64,000 nt of DNA from Candidatus Undinarchaeota archaeon (GCA_964567575.1 CAZMMZ010000002.1:1-64000), one strand, 5' to 3'; counted from the stretch's first letter, positions 11,017 to 21,101 are shown. Translations and numbers: made by a program. The notes: a model not told the origin generated them from the sequence alone.

Positions 11017-11712
11017 ATGAATCTAGAAAAACCACCAAAAATCATAGTAGCTCTTGATCTTCCACTTTCTGAAGCATGTGCACTTGTTGGAAAGCTCAAA
11101 TCCACTGAGGATAAAATTGCTGGCTATAAAGTTAGTTCTCTTAATGCAATTGAACATGGTTTGAAAAAAACTATTTCGGATTTAAGGGAAGTTACTGATA
11201 AACCAATTATTTATGATCATCAAAAAGCTGCAACTGATATTCCAAAAATAACTGACCGGCAAGTTCGTCTTGCTGCAGAATGTGGTGTTAATTCTTTCAT
11301 TGCAGTTCCACTCGGAGCTGGAAGTGAAACATTAACAGCTTTTGTTACTGCGTGTAATGAAACAAATGTTCTTCCAATTGTTCTTCTTTCAATGACGCAC
11401 GATGGGGCTGACGATTACTTGAAAACCGAGACTCCTCAACTGGTTTTTGAAAAGGCAAAAGAGCTTGGTGTAAAGTATTTTGTTGCTCCTGGAAATAAAC
11501 CTGAGAAAATTGCAGAATTGAAATCAAAAATGGATGAAGATATGTTTATTACTTCTCCTGGAATCGGAGCGCAAGGTGGAGCTTGCGAAGCTGCAGTTAA
11601 AGCAGGAACTGATTATCCAATTGTTGGACGCGCAATTTACGAAGCAGAAGATCCTGTCAAAGCAGTTGAGGAATTATTTGAGCAGGGTAAAACTGGTTAC
11701 GAAAATAGATAA
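11017..11712 (+). CDS. pyrF: Orotidine-5'-phosphate decarboxylase (atypical active-site spacing)
   Basis: VALD, GYKV, DHQKAATDIP, SPGIGAQGG, IVGRAIY; pyrE nearby. Confidence 0.85.
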   Translation: MNLEKPPKIIVALDLPLSEACALVGKLKSTEDKIAGYKVSSLNAIEHGLKKTISDLREVTDKPIIYDHQKAATDIPKITDRQVRLAAECGVNSFIAVPLGAGSETLTAFVTACNETNVLPIVLLSMTHDGADDYLKTETPQLVFEKAKELGVKYFVAPGNKPEKIAELKSKMDEDMFITSPGIGAQGGACEAAVKAGTDYPIVGRAIYEAEDPVKAVEELFEQGKTGYENR

Positions 11713-12440
11713 TGAATTTGAAAAAACGCTTTTGGGAAGTGGATTTCTTACGCGGTATAGCGATTCTTATGATGGTTCTTTTTCATGTAATCTCTGATCT
11801 TTTTCACTTTGCAAATTTCAGATTTATAATTTATTCTGGTTTCTGGCGAGTTTTTGCGCACGTAACTGCCACAATTTTTATTTTTCTAGTTGGGGTTTCA
11901 TTATCTCTTAGTTTTGAAAGATCTCAATTATTGAAAAAAATAAATTTCACGAAGTATTTGAAACGCGGTTTGAAGATATTCATGTGGGGTTTGTTAATCA
12001 CATTAATGACGTGGCTGTTCTATCAAAGTCAAGTTGTTGTTTTTGGTGTTCTTCATTTAATTGGAATTGCAATAATATTAGCATATCCGTTTCTCAAACT
12101 TAAGTATTGGAATTTAGGGATTGGTAGTGTTCTTGTTCTAATTGGAATTTATCTTTATAATCTTAAATTCAATTTCTCATTTTTAATTTGGCTTGGATTT
12201 TTACCACAAAACACATATCCAGCGGACTATTTTCCAGTTCTTCCTTGGTTCGGTGTTGTTTTAATTGGAATATTTGTTGGAAAGATATTGTACTCTAATT
12301 ACAAAAGAAATTTTAAATTACCAGATCTTTCAAATTTTTCATTAATAAAATTCTTTAGATTCTTAGGAAGGCATTCTTTGTTGATTTATCTTATTCATCA
12401 ACCAATATTAATTGGAATAATCTATTTGCTCGGATTATGA
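11712..12440 (+). CDS. DUF1624 / HGSNAT-like membrane acyltransferase
   Basis: RFWEVDFLRGIAILMMV, DYFPVLPW, LGRHSLLIYLIHQP. Confidence 0.85.
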   Translation: MNLKKRFWEVDFLRGIAILMMVLFHVISDLFHFANFRFIIYSGFWRVFAHVTATIFIFLVGVSLSLSFERSQLLKKINFTKYLKRGLKIFMWGLLITLMTWLFYQSQVVVFGVLHLIGIAIILAYPFLKLKYWNLGIGSVLVLIGIYLYNLKFNFSFLIWLGFLPQNTYPADYFPVLPWFGVVLIGIFVGKILYSNYKRNFKLPDLSNFSLIKFFRFLGRHSLLIYLIHQPILIGIIYLLGL

Positions 12441-12473
12441 AATTATTTATAGGGCTTAACATTATGTTAAATT

Positions 12474-13115
12474 ATGACTAAACAAGAAATCGCTGAAATT
12501 TTACTAAGTTCAAAAGCGGTAACATTGAATCCGGACAAGCCATTCACTTATGCATCCGGAATCAAGAGCCCAATTTATTGCGACAACAGACTTCTATTGT
12601 CAGATGTTGATGCTCGACGCAAAATTGTTGATGCATTTGAAGAAATGTTTAAAGAGAATGGAATTACTTTTGATATTGTTGCCGGCACTGCAACTGCCGG
12701 GATTCCATGGGGTGCATGGGTTGCAGAAGAAGAGAATGCTCCGTTCATTTACGCCCGATCTAATAAAAAAGATCATGGTAAAAAGAATAAAATTGAAGGA
12801 AAAATTGAGAAAGGGAAGAAAGCTCTTGTTATTGAGGATTTAATCAGCACTGGTGGTAGTTCTGTTAATGCTGTTGATGCGGTGAAACACGCAGGCGCCG
12901 AGGTAGATACTTGCGCAGCGATTTTCACATACGAAATGAAAAAAGCAGAAGAGAGATTTGCACGAATTAATTGTAATATTCTAGCACTTACAGATTTTTC
13001 AACACTCATAGAAGTTGCCGTATCTCGGAAATACATTACTAAAAAGCAAGCCGGAGTTGTAAAGGAATGGAATAAAGACCCTGAGGGATGGGGAAAGAAG
13101 TACGGACATTATTAA
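12474..13115 (+). CDS. pyrE: Orotate phosphoribosyltransferase
   Basis: ASGIKSPIYCDNR, KKDHGKKNKIEG, VIEDLISTGGS. Confidence 0.96.
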   Translation: MTKQEIAEILLSSKAVTLNPDKPFTYASGIKSPIYCDNRLLLSDVDARRKIVDAFEEMFKENGITFDIVAGTATAGIPWGAWVAEEENAPFIYARSNKKDHGKKNKIEGKIEKGKKALVIEDLISTGGSSVNAVDAVKHAGAEVDTCAAIFTYEMKKAEERFARINCNILALTDFSTLIEVAVSRKYITKKQAGVVKEWNKDPEGWGKKYGHY

Positions 13116-13164
13116 GGAAAAGGTTTAAATGTTATAAAATAGCTCTAACAAGAGCTAATAAAGT

Positions 13165-13240
13165 GCCTCTGTAGCTTAGTTGGTAGAGCGGCTGACTGTT
13201 AATCAGCAGGTCGTAGGTTCGACTCCTACCGGGGGCGCCA
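13165..13240 (+). tRNA. tRNA-Asn(GTT), CCA encoded
   Basis: GCCTCTG/CGGGGGC acceptor, GCTGA-CT-GTT-AA-TCAGC arm, ends GCCA. Confidence 0.96.
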
Positions 13241-13252
13241 CTATTTCTAAAA

Positions 13253-13831
13253 TTAAAATTCGTCTTTTTCTTCCAGATATTTCACTAATCCTTTTGCGAA
13301 CTCTACTTTTCCATTTTCCAAAACATAGCGGTATGGTAATTCAATTGTGTGTTCAATTCCTTCTTTGTTTTTCACTTCAATTTCCACACCATCTTTGAAT
13401 GGTATTTTTTCAAATGCAGTGCCATTCAAAATCTTGTGAGCAACCAATACAGCAGTATCAGTACTCATTTGCTTGTCGCCCATATTACGAGTTTCATAAT
13501 CAACTTTTGATGTAATCAATTCTTCAGTGCGAGCTTTTGGTGGATCTTCTCCCAGAATTCCTCCAAAAATTACATATTCAAAAACTTCAGAATCACTAGG
13601 CTGCAGCATTGTTTCAACATTAGGATCAAGAACACAAGCTTTTGTTAATTTCATTTCTGAAACACTTTCTTCTTTTACTTCACCAAATTCTTGAAGTTTT
13701 AATTTTTCTTCGTCATTTTTAACATTTGTAAAAATCAAATTCTCTTTTCCAACAATTTCAGAAATATGTTTGTATTCAATAAAGCACCAATCTGAAAGTG
13801 CAGGTTCTAAATGTTCAATTATGTATTTCAT
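13253..13831 (-). CDS. SPOUT-type SAM-dependent methyltransferase (Sfm1/DUF431-like)
   Basis: YIIEHLE...W..IEY.HI, FGGILGEDPP, QMSTDTAV, IELPYRY. Confidence 0.85.
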   Translation of the reverse strand: MKYIIEHLEPALSDWCFIEYKHISEIVGKENLIFTNVKNDEEKLKLQEFGEVKEESVSEMKLTKACVLDPNVETMLQPSDSEVFEYVIFGGILGEDPPKARTEELITSKVDYETRNMGDKQMSTDTAVLVAHKILNGTAFEKIPFKDGVEIEVKNKEGIEHTIELPYRYVLENGKVEFAKGLVKYLEEKDEF

Positions 13832-14952
13832 TAAAGCAAGAATTCTTCTTTTTCAATTTTCTCAGGCAAGTATTTCTTAGCAACAAAATCCAGAGATTTA
13901 TTTGCAAGAGCCTGCTGTTCAATACGCACACCTTTTTCTTCCATCATTTTTAATTGGCGCATCCAAACTTTATTTTTCTTGAACCATGGATATTCCATTT
14001 CCTCACGAATACGTTTTTTGTCAACTTCTTTTAATTTCTCTGTAACATTTTGTAGTTCATAAGTTTCAATATCATCCATAGTCATTCCAACATATTTTGA
14101 ATTAGGCACAGCATATCGGTCTGACAAGTGCGCAAGTTCCATTGAACCGTATTTCAAAACTGAATAGATGTAGAATCCATATGGGTCTCCATCTACGAAA
14201 GCAACAACTGGGAGTTTTAACTTGTCACTCATTATCTTAATGAATCTTCGCACACCACGTGGAAACATTCCTTCTCCAGTTATGAGCAGACAATTAAGTT
14301 TCTTGTAAATCTTTTCTTGAATAAGACGGGACATCATAGCATCGTTCTCTATTGCAAGAATGAAATCTGCTTTGAAATTATTAACTTCAACATCTTCAAC
14401 AAAACCTGGGATAGCCCATCCACCGCGACCAAGTTTTGAACAATCAAAAGTGTCGCCAGCTTGGCTTAGTGTAATATCTCCATAAATTGATCCGCGAGCT
14501 TTTGCTTCAATGTGCAATCTTTCTCTGAGCAATCCAAGTGAAGCTTCAATATCATTCAAAGTTGTTCCAGATTCTGTATCATCTTCAAAAGTATTTTCTT
14601 TAGACTTTGGTAAAGAGTGTTTCAAGTTGTAGTATAACTCACGTTTTCCTACTGTTCGATTCATTCCTATGTATTCTTTACATGCTGCTGCAATAAGCAT
14701 AGACTGCATGAATTTTCGAGTGTGAGCAACATTAAGGAAGCGCCTGCTTCCTCTTTTACCACCTAAACGAAGAACACTTGCTTTCTCATCAAAAGAAATA
14801 TTATTTCTTGCACGAATTGGCAATGTGAATTCTGGGGAATGTTCTTTTTTTATTACATCAGCCATATCTTTTCCAAAAGTTTCTATTGTTTTGATTGACT
14901 CTGCTGCATGCTTATCTTCTGCTTGTTTTGATTTTTTCTTTGCTGGTGCCAT
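13831..14952 (-). CDS. top6A: DNA topoisomerase VI subunit A
   Basis: RELYY catalytic Tyr, IENDA, FVDGDPYG Toprim motifs. Confidence 0.96.
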   Translation of the reverse strand: MAPAKKKSKQAEDKHAAESIKTIETFGKDMADVIKKEHSPEFTLPIRARNNISFDEKASVLRLGGKRGSRRFLNVAHTRKFMQSMLIAAACKEYIGMNRTVGKRELYYNLKHSLPKSKENTFEDDTESGTTLNDIEASLGLLRERLHIEAKARGSIYGDITLSQAGDTFDCSKLGRGGWAIPGFVEDVEVNNFKADFILAIENDAMMSRLIQEKIYKKLNCLLITGEGMFPRGVRRFIKIMSDKLKLPVVAFVDGDPYGFYIYSVLKYGSMELAHLSDRYAVPNSKYVGMTMDDIETYELQNVTEKLKEVDKKRIREEMEYPWFKKNKVWMRQLKMMEEKGVRIEQQALANKSLDFVAKKYLPEKIEKEEFLL

Positions 14953-16625
14953 TATTCTTCACCCCCCTCTTCAGGAGCTGGTTTTGTTGGTTCTTCTCCT
15001 ATTGTTTCTTCCTCATCAGTTTCATCAAATTCTTCTCCGAATTTTTCAAGAACAATTTTGTGAAGTTTCTTTTCCAATTCTTCTTTCTTTTCTCCGCACA
15101 TATCTGAAATAGCTTGTGCTGTTTCTGGAACATAACGTTCAAACATTTTCTTCTTTGCATCACGTTCTGCAGCTTTGCGCTTTCCAGAAAGATATCTTTG
15201 CAAAATTCTACCAATTTGCATTAGTGCAAATCTTATTTCTGTTGTAATTTCTTCTTCATCTGCAACTGCTTGTTTTCCTGCAGATGTGTAAGGAACATGT
15301 GTTGAAACCAGATTAATGAAAATTGTAACAGATGAATTTTCAATATCTACAAATTTGTAACGTTTCCAATCAATTGAATGCATTGATTTGCTTAGAGCAC
15401 ATGAACCTGCATCAAAAAGTAAAGGCGCGCGGTTTGCAAATCTCATAATTTCAAGGCGTTTTCCTTCTGGTGTTTGTCTACCTGCGTTTCCACCATAAGC
15501 AATTGCTGCTTCAACAAGGAAAGGAATTCCTCCTTTGTAAGTTGTTGGAGATCTTGTTAAAGATTCAAGTAATTCTGGATTAACAAGATTTTTCAAAGCT
15601 GCTTTGATGGTTTCTCCTCCAATTGGAATTAAACCAGTAGCCGGCGGAGCCATGAATTTAACTTTTTTGAAAGATTTTCTAAGTTCTTCTGCTTCATTCC
15701 ACTCTAATCGTTTTGGACTTCTTCGCATATCAAATTCAGGTAATCCTTCTTTTGTTCGCTCTTCATCAATTACTTTTTTAATTTCTGCAATTTTTTGTGA
15801 GCTTACACGAGAAAGATCTGTTGATAAAAATGAAGATAGTTGTCGAGCTTTTGATTTGTGAGCCATATTCAAAATGTCGTGTGCTTCAAGACCTTCTGGG
15901 TGCGGTTTAATTTCTGTTGGTCTTTTTGGAATTTTATCACTAACTCTTTCAAATAATACTTTAGATCCTTCTGGATCTTTGAAGAAAATTTGTGCGTGTG
16001 GATTTGAAGCGGCTGTCCATCTCAAATATTCAAATGGACCTTTCTGTCCTTTTGTATAATTAACTCCTTTGAATTGCGCTTCAACAATAGTTCCGCGCCA
16101 AGTGTCCGCATAAACTTCTTTGTCCATGATTTTTGGAGAATTAGTTTTAATGTCCATCTCAACTTTTGCAGTTATGACTTTTCCTTTGCCTGTTCCTGAT
16201 TTTACTCGAGTTGGTTGACCAGTTGTAATTTGTGAGAACAAAACTGCTCCTGAAACACCAAGACCTTGCTGACCCCGAAGCTGAATGTTTCTGTGGAATT
16301 TTGTTCCTGTAAGTAGAGATCCGAAAACATGTTCTAAGTGCTTCTCTGGAATTCCTGGACCATTATCTTCAATTAGAACTTTGTAATGTTCATCACCGAG
16401 TTGCACAATTTCAACTTTGATGTCTGGAAGAATTCCTGATTCCTCACAAGCATCAAGAGAGTTAGATACAAGTTCGTGTACAACTGTAGTAAGGGATTTT
16501 ATTTTCCCAACATATCCAAGATACTGGCGGTTCTTACCGAAGAACTCGCTGAGTGGCACACTTCTAAATTCTTTGAAGAGTGATTCTGCGCTTACTGTTT
16601 TTTCTGGAGCCATATATGATTTCAC
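14952..16625 (-). CDS. top6B: DNA topoisomerase VI subunit B
   Basis: HELVSNSLDA, EDNGPGI, GTKFH, RGQQGLG GHKL motifs; RFANRAPL. Confidence 0.97.
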   Translation of the reverse strand: MKSYMAPEKTVSAESLFKEFRSVPLSEFFGKNRQYLGYVGKIKSLTTVVHELVSNSLDACEESGILPDIKVEIVQLGDEHYKVLIEDNGPGIPEKHLEHVFGSLLTGTKFHRNIQLRGQQGLGVSGAVLFSQITTGQPTRVKSGTGKGKVITAKVEMDIKTNSPKIMDKEVYADTWRGTIVEAQFKGVNYTKGQKGPFEYLRWTAASNPHAQIFFKDPEGSKVLFERVSDKIPKRPTEIKPHPEGLEAHDILNMAHKSKARQLSSFLSTDLSRVSSQKIAEIKKVIDEERTKEGLPEFDMRRSPKRLEWNEAEELRKSFKKVKFMAPPATGLIPIGGETIKAALKNLVNPELLESLTRSPTTYKGGIPFLVEAAIAYGGNAGRQTPEGKRLEIMRFANRAPLLFDAGSCALSKSMHSIDWKRYKFVDIENSSVTIFINLVSTHVPYTSAGKQAVADEEEITTEIRFALMQIGRILQRYLSGKRKAAERDAKKKMFERYVPETAQAISDMCGEKKEELEKKLHKIVLEKFGEEFDETDEEETIGEEPTKPAPEEGGEE

Positions 16626-17158
16626 CTTTGATTATTTATTTTCCTGCATTCTTGTTCAAGCATTTTGTAAACTGATCCATGCATTGATCCATTTGCAAGC
16701 ATATCTACTGCTCGAGCAGCTAAATGAACGCGATCTATTGATCCAATGATGCAAACTGTTTTTCCATATACTACCATATGAGTATCTGTTGTGTTTTCAA
16801 TGATCTGTTTGCTTTTTCCTTCTCTTCCGATTATTCGTCCGCGAATTCCTATGAGGCGATTCTTTGATTTTCCTGCATATTCTGGTAACTCTATTATTTT
16901 CAGTTCCTTGTTTGGATCAAGAAGTTCCAATGCAGTTTCTGGCTCAAAACCACGACCAATTGCTTTTACTACATCACGTGCGCGCCAAGTTGCTAATGGG
17001 TCATCGTTATCTTTTTTTTCAATTATTGCAACTTCACATATTTCTTTGTCAATTTCGATTATTGTGTTTGTTGATTTTTCAATAATCTTTTTGATCTTTT
17101 CGTCTTCAGCCAGAATAAAATCCAACCTCTCTTCTGGAATTTTTACATATTCTGCCAT
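16622..17158 (-). CDS. KH-domain rRNA processing protein (aDim2/Pno1)
   Basis: VVKAIGRGF, RGRIIGREG, GSMHGSVY. Confidence 0.9.
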   Translation of the reverse strand: MAEYVKIPEERLDFILAEDEKIKKIIEKSTNTIIEIDKEICEVAIIEKKDNDDPLATWRARDVVKAIGRGFEPETALELLDPNKELKIIELPEYAGKSKNRLIGIRGRIIGREGKSKQIIENTTDTHMVVYGKTVCIIGSIDRVHLAARAVDMLANGSMHGSVYKMLEQECRKINNQR

Positions 17159-17224
17159 TTTATTTTAAGATAGTGTGAAATGAGGGTATAACTATTTAAA
17201 GTTTTTGTAACTCTCAAAGACCAA

Positions 17225-17941
17225 TTATGCTTCGCTTGTTATCGCTTTCTTCAGTTCTAGGTCTGTTGTCTCAACCCCATGTTTGCTAAAAAAGCGCGCT
17301 AAAACCTCACAATCTCGGTTCATTAGTTCCTCAGCTCTGATGTGGTGGGTCAACACTCCTTGTCCAAAATCAATAAGAACCGGCTTGTTTTCATGCATTA
17401 AAATGTTAAATTCACTCATATCTCCATGAACTAATTCTGCTCCATGATAAAGTTTGTTTAGTGATTTTGTTATTTCTGAATAGACTTCTTCGATATTTTC
17501 TGGGATGTTATTTCGTATCTCTAGTGCAGGGGTTTCACCACCAATAAAACTCATTACAAGTACATTTTTCAAAACAGCAATTGGTTTTGGGCAAGGAACT
17601 CCTGCTTTGTATGCGCGCTTTAAATTTTGAAATTCTTTTTTTGCCCAGGTTTGAATAATATCATATTTAGCTTGTTTCACATCAAATCTTGGATCGCCTT
17701 CAATATATGGGAGCATTTTGTGGAATGATGATGTTTCAATTCGATAAATTTTTATAGCAAGTTTTTCTTCTCCTAAATAACCTCTATAAACATTTGCTTC
17801 TTTACCAACAGCAATCGATCCTCCTAATTTATCTAGATGTCCTTGTTTTATGAGTTTGTGTATAACTGCTAAAGTATTAACATCAAAAACTCCGTCTTCA
17901 AGTTTTCTTTCTATTTTGTGAGTTCGTTTATCAATTGCCAT
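17225..17941 (-). CDS. rio1: RIO1 family Ser/Thr kinase
   Basis: GKEANVY, AIKIYR, LVHGDMSEFNIL, IDFGQ. Confidence 0.92.
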   Translation of the reverse strand: MAIDKRTHKIERKLEDGVFDVNTLAVIHKLIKQGHLDKLGGSIAVGKEANVYRGYLGEEKLAIKIYRIETSSFHKMLPYIEGDPRFDVKQAKYDIIQTWAKKEFQNLKRAYKAGVPCPKPIAVLKNVLVMSFIGGETPALEIRNNIPENIEEVYSEITKSLNKLYHGAELVHGDMSEFNILMHENKPVLIDFGQGVLTHHIRAEELMNRDCEVLARFFSKHGVETTDLELKKAITSEA

Positions 17942-17968
17942 TAAATCAAAAATAAGTAGAAGTACTAT

Positions 17969-18466
17969 TTATATCATCAGGTCTTCTTCTGTAATCATTC
18001 CTTTTCTTAGAAGTTGACTTACTTGATTTCTTTTATACATGTACAAGTAGTCTCCTTTTTCATTTTCTTGAACAGTCCATTTTTGAACAAGAACAACGTC
18101 GCCAGCTCTGACTCTGAGTTTGTATCGTATTTTTCCTGGAATTCTGCAAATCCGTGTGTGACCATCTAAGCATTTTACTTGAAGTTTAGATCCGAAATGC
18201 TCGAGAATTACTCCAAGAATTTCGCGTTTGTATGGTTTTGGCATTCTAACACGGACAACATATTCTCCTTGTTGTGGTCCGCCTGGTCTTCTACCAAATC
18301 TTGGTGCAGTTGCAGTATTTGTTTTTGCTGGAGTAGTTGGTTTTGGTGTTGTATCTTTTCCTTTTGGCACTTCTTTGTTGTCAGCTCCGCTACCAGTTGG
18401 CTTAGAGGACTCCTGTCCACGATCTTGTCCAACTTCTTTTTTTTCTCCAGGAACTTTGTCTTGCAT
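17969..18466 (-). CDS. eif1a: Translation initiation factor aIF-1A with long N-terminal extension
   Basis: VRVRMP...CLDGHTRICRIPGK..GDVVLV..W OB fold; TTAATATA 30 nt upstream. Confidence 0.88.
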   Translation of the reverse strand: MQDKVPGEKKEVGQDRGQESSKPTGSGADNKEVPKGKDTTPKPTTPAKTNTATAPRFGRRPGGPQQGEYVVRVRMPKPYKREILGVILEHFGSKLQVKCLDGHTRICRIPGKIRYKLRVRAGDVVLVQKWTVQENEKGDYLYMYKRNQVSQLLRKGMITEEDLMI

Positions 18467-19067
18467 AACGCTTTAGTTCTGTGAGCCGTATATTAAGCTT
18501 TTCCCTTGTCGATTTTGCAGCAAATGAATGTGGGTTTAGTAATAAGTAGTTCAGCACAGCTCCGAAATTATGAGACTTTCTTACAAAAGATCCTTTTTCA
18601 AAATCAATAAAATAAGGTTTTACATTTTTCCCAATTGTTCTAACAATAATGTGTTTATCTGCTCGAGATAATTCTCCATGATCAACACCTGCTTTGTCAA
18701 GATTTTCAGCTTGTTTTAGAACTTTTAACACAACAGCTCTTGCTTGCGCCTTTGTAGCACTTTCAATAAAATCAGGATAATTTTTCCCATAAATAAATTG
18801 CATTGCAACGCAATGTTTTGTTACTCCATAAATTTTTGGCCCAACTTTTTTTTCATTTGCTTTTTTTAGAACACTATTTTCTTTAAGAATTCTTTCTTGT
18901 GTGCTGATTTTTAATGCTGCAATTTTAGTTCCAAGTTTAATTTTGAAAACTTGTCCACGCCAACCTTTTGCAACAAAAGAAATTATTTTTGTAATTTTTA
19001 ATTTTTTTAATTCTTGTTCAATTGGAAAATTAATTTTTTCTTTTATAATTTCAATGTTTTCAATCAT
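18402..19067 (-). CDS. Atypical Ser/Thr kinase (RIO/Bud32-like)
   Basis: AKGWRGQVF, ALK, VDHGELS, FIDFEKG; ATG 19067 overlaps the upstream TGA. Confidence 0.75.
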   Translation of the reverse strand: MIENIEIIKEKINFPIEQELKKLKITKIISFVAKGWRGQVFKIKLGTKIAALKISTQERILKENSVLKKANEKKVGPKIYGVTKHCVAMQFIYGKNYPDFIESATKAQARAVVLKVLKQAENLDKAGVDHGELSRADKHIIVRTIGKNVKPYFIDFEKGSFVRKSHNFGAVLNYLLLNPHSFAAKSTREKLNIRLTELKRYARQSSWRKKRSWTRSWTGVL

Positions 19068-20371
19068 GTTGCAATCCCAACAATAAATACAATGAATAGT
19101 ATCAGTGGGATAAAGTATCGTATCAAATAAATTATCCAATGTGGCATATTCAGTTTTGTGTGTTTGTTTACAGCAGTAATGAATTTCTTTGAACTGAAGA
19201 ACCAAGAAACTGTTATTGTGAATATTAGTGCGACAATTGGTAGTGTTAAAGTTCCAATTACATAATCAATTCCATCTAAGAATGGTTTTCCAAATAATGA
19301 AAGTTTCACAGCACTGTAACTCAAAGCTGATGGAAGACCAACAAGCAGTGCAATACCATAAACAATTTTATTTGCGCGACGTCGTTTCATACCATATTCA
19401 TCAATTAAAGAAGATACCCAAGTTTCTCCAATTGAAATTGCTGAAGTTATTCCAGCGAGAAGGAGAAGTAGGAAAAAGATTGCTCCGAAAACTCTACCAA
19501 AAGGAATCAGTGCAAAAACTTTTGGAAGCGTGATGAAAGCTAATTCCGGTCCTTGTCCAGGATTCATTCCAAATGCAAAAACAAGTGGGAAAATAATAAG
19601 ACCTGCTAAAATTGAAATTAGAGTATCTGTTATAGTTATTGTAGCTGCAGCAAGTGGGATGTCTGTTTTTCTGTCTGTATAACTTGCATAAGTGAGAAGC
19701 AAACCAAATCCTACACCAACAGAGAAAAATGCTTGACTGCATGCGAAGATCCAAATCTTTGGATCAGCAAGAACAGAAAAGTTTGGAGTTAAGAAAAACT
19801 TCACACCTTCCATTGCTCCTGGAAGTGAGACTGCGCGAACTATCATAACAATGAAGAAAAGAAACATGAGCGGCATTGTGTATTTGCACAGTTTTTCAAT
19901 TCCTCTTTTTATTCCTAAAGAATCAATAAAGAATAGTATTACAATTACTAGTAAAAAGAAAACCAGTGGAAGGTAAGAGCCACTAAAGCTTGCAAAACCT
20001 TGGTATCCTGTAAATGAAAATACAAAGTAAGCGAATATCCAACCAACAATTACAATGTAATAACTGAGAATCGCCATCAAAATTATCAGGAAAAACCATC
20101 CAAGGTATTTTGTTCTTGCTCCAAGTTTTTTAAAGAATGATAAGATTGATGTTTGGAATGTCCATCCTGCAGATAATTCTAATAATACAATTGGAAATGC
20201 TAAGAGAATAATTGCAATAATATATGGAATCAGGAATGCTCCGCCACCATTTTTCCCAGCAATATATGGGAAACGCCAGATATTTCCAATCCCCACTGCA
20301 GAGCCAACTGCTGCAAGTATAAATCCGAGTTTTGACCAGTGCTCACGAGGTTTCTTCAGGAGCTTTTTCAT
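19064..20371 (-). CDS. Sodium-dependent transporter (NSS/SNF family)
   Basis: REHWSKLGFILAAVGSAVGIGNIWRFPY, GGGAFLIPY, QAFFS, GPELAFITLP. Confidence 0.95.
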   Translation of the reverse strand: MKKLLKKPREHWSKLGFILAAVGSAVGIGNIWRFPYIAGKNGGGAFLIPYIIAIILLAFPIVLLELSAGWTFQTSILSFFKKLGARTKYLGWFFLIILMAILSYYIVIVGWIFAYFVFSFTGYQGFASFSGSYLPLVFFLLVIVILFFIDSLGIKRGIEKLCKYTMPLMFLFFIVMIVRAVSLPGAMEGVKFFLTPNFSVLADPKIWIFACSQAFFSVGVGFGLLLTYASYTDRKTDIPLAAATITITDTLISILAGLIIFPLVFAFGMNPGQGPELAFITLPKVFALIPFGRVFGAIFFLLLLLAGITSAISIGETWVSSLIDEYGMKRRRANKIVYGIALLVGLPSALSYSAVKLSLFGKPFLDGIDYVIGTLTLPIVALIFTITVSWFFSSKKFITAVNKHTKLNMPHWIIYLIRYFIPLILFIVFIVGIAT

Positions 20372-20413
20372 ACTACGCGCTAGTTGAATTGGCTATTAAA
20401 AGGTTTGCAGAAC

Positions 20414-20653
20414 TTAGAACAACATCTCTTCCAAATCAGTTTTGTTAATATCTACAACAATTGGCGCTTTTCCAGGTGCGCGTCTAATTACAGTCATTGG
20501 AACAACACGTTTTTTGAATTCTGAAACTGCAATATCCGTTGGATCATTCAAATCAGATTTGATTAGAATTGGTGCGCCCATTGCAAGTTGCAGAGCTCGT
20601 GCTCCTATAATTCGTGCGCGTTCAAAACGAGTGAGTTTGTTTGCTGTGTACAT
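20414..20653 (-). CDS. rpoK: RNA polymerase subunit Rpo6/K
   Basis: [22 protein letters not shown]. Confidence 0.95.
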   Translation of the reverse strand: MYTANKLTRFERARIIGARALQLAMGAPILIKSDLNDPTDIAVSEFKKRVVPMTVIRRAPGKAPIVVDINKTDLEEMLF

Positions 20654-20750
20654 TTTGGTAAGTATATGGATTGTAAGGGGTTATATAAATGGTTCGGTAA
20701 TTACGAAATTAAATAGATTTTTAAAGATATGATAACTACACTGAATTATT

Positions 20751-21101
20751 ATGAAAATTACTGGAAATATTGTAAAACACTTTATTTTTGAAATACTGAT
20801 GATTTGCGGCGGATTAGCTGCAATATCACTTCTTCACACAAACACAATGGCATTGACAATTGTAATGATTTTGATTGGAGCATTAATGCTCAAATTTTGG
20901 CATAAAAAATTAGACATATTATTTTTTGTTACAGCAGCGATAATCGGTCCTATTGGCGAAATTGTATCTATTCAATCTGGAGTTTGGAATTATAGTATAC
21001 AACATGTTTTGGGGATTCCACTTTGGCTACCACTTGTTTGGGGATTCTCATTTTTAATGATAAAAAGAGTTTCCAATACACTTTCAAGAATAGAATTATA
21101 A
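20751..21101 (+). CDS. Small 4-TM membrane protein (DUF2878-like)
   Basis: GPIGEIVSIQSGVWNY...GIPLWLPLVWG. Confidence 0.6.
   Translation: MKITGNIVKHFIFEILMICGGLAAISLLHTNTMALTIVMILIGALMLKFWHKKLDILFFVTAAIIGPIGEIVSIQSGVWNYSIQHVLGIPLWLPLVWGFSFLMIKRVSNTLSRIEL

Noticed and set aside
13140-13157. TAGCTCT-AACA-AGAGCTA palindrome similar to the hairpin after tbp
   Set aside because: Only two copies with different spacers; not enough to call a repeat family or operator
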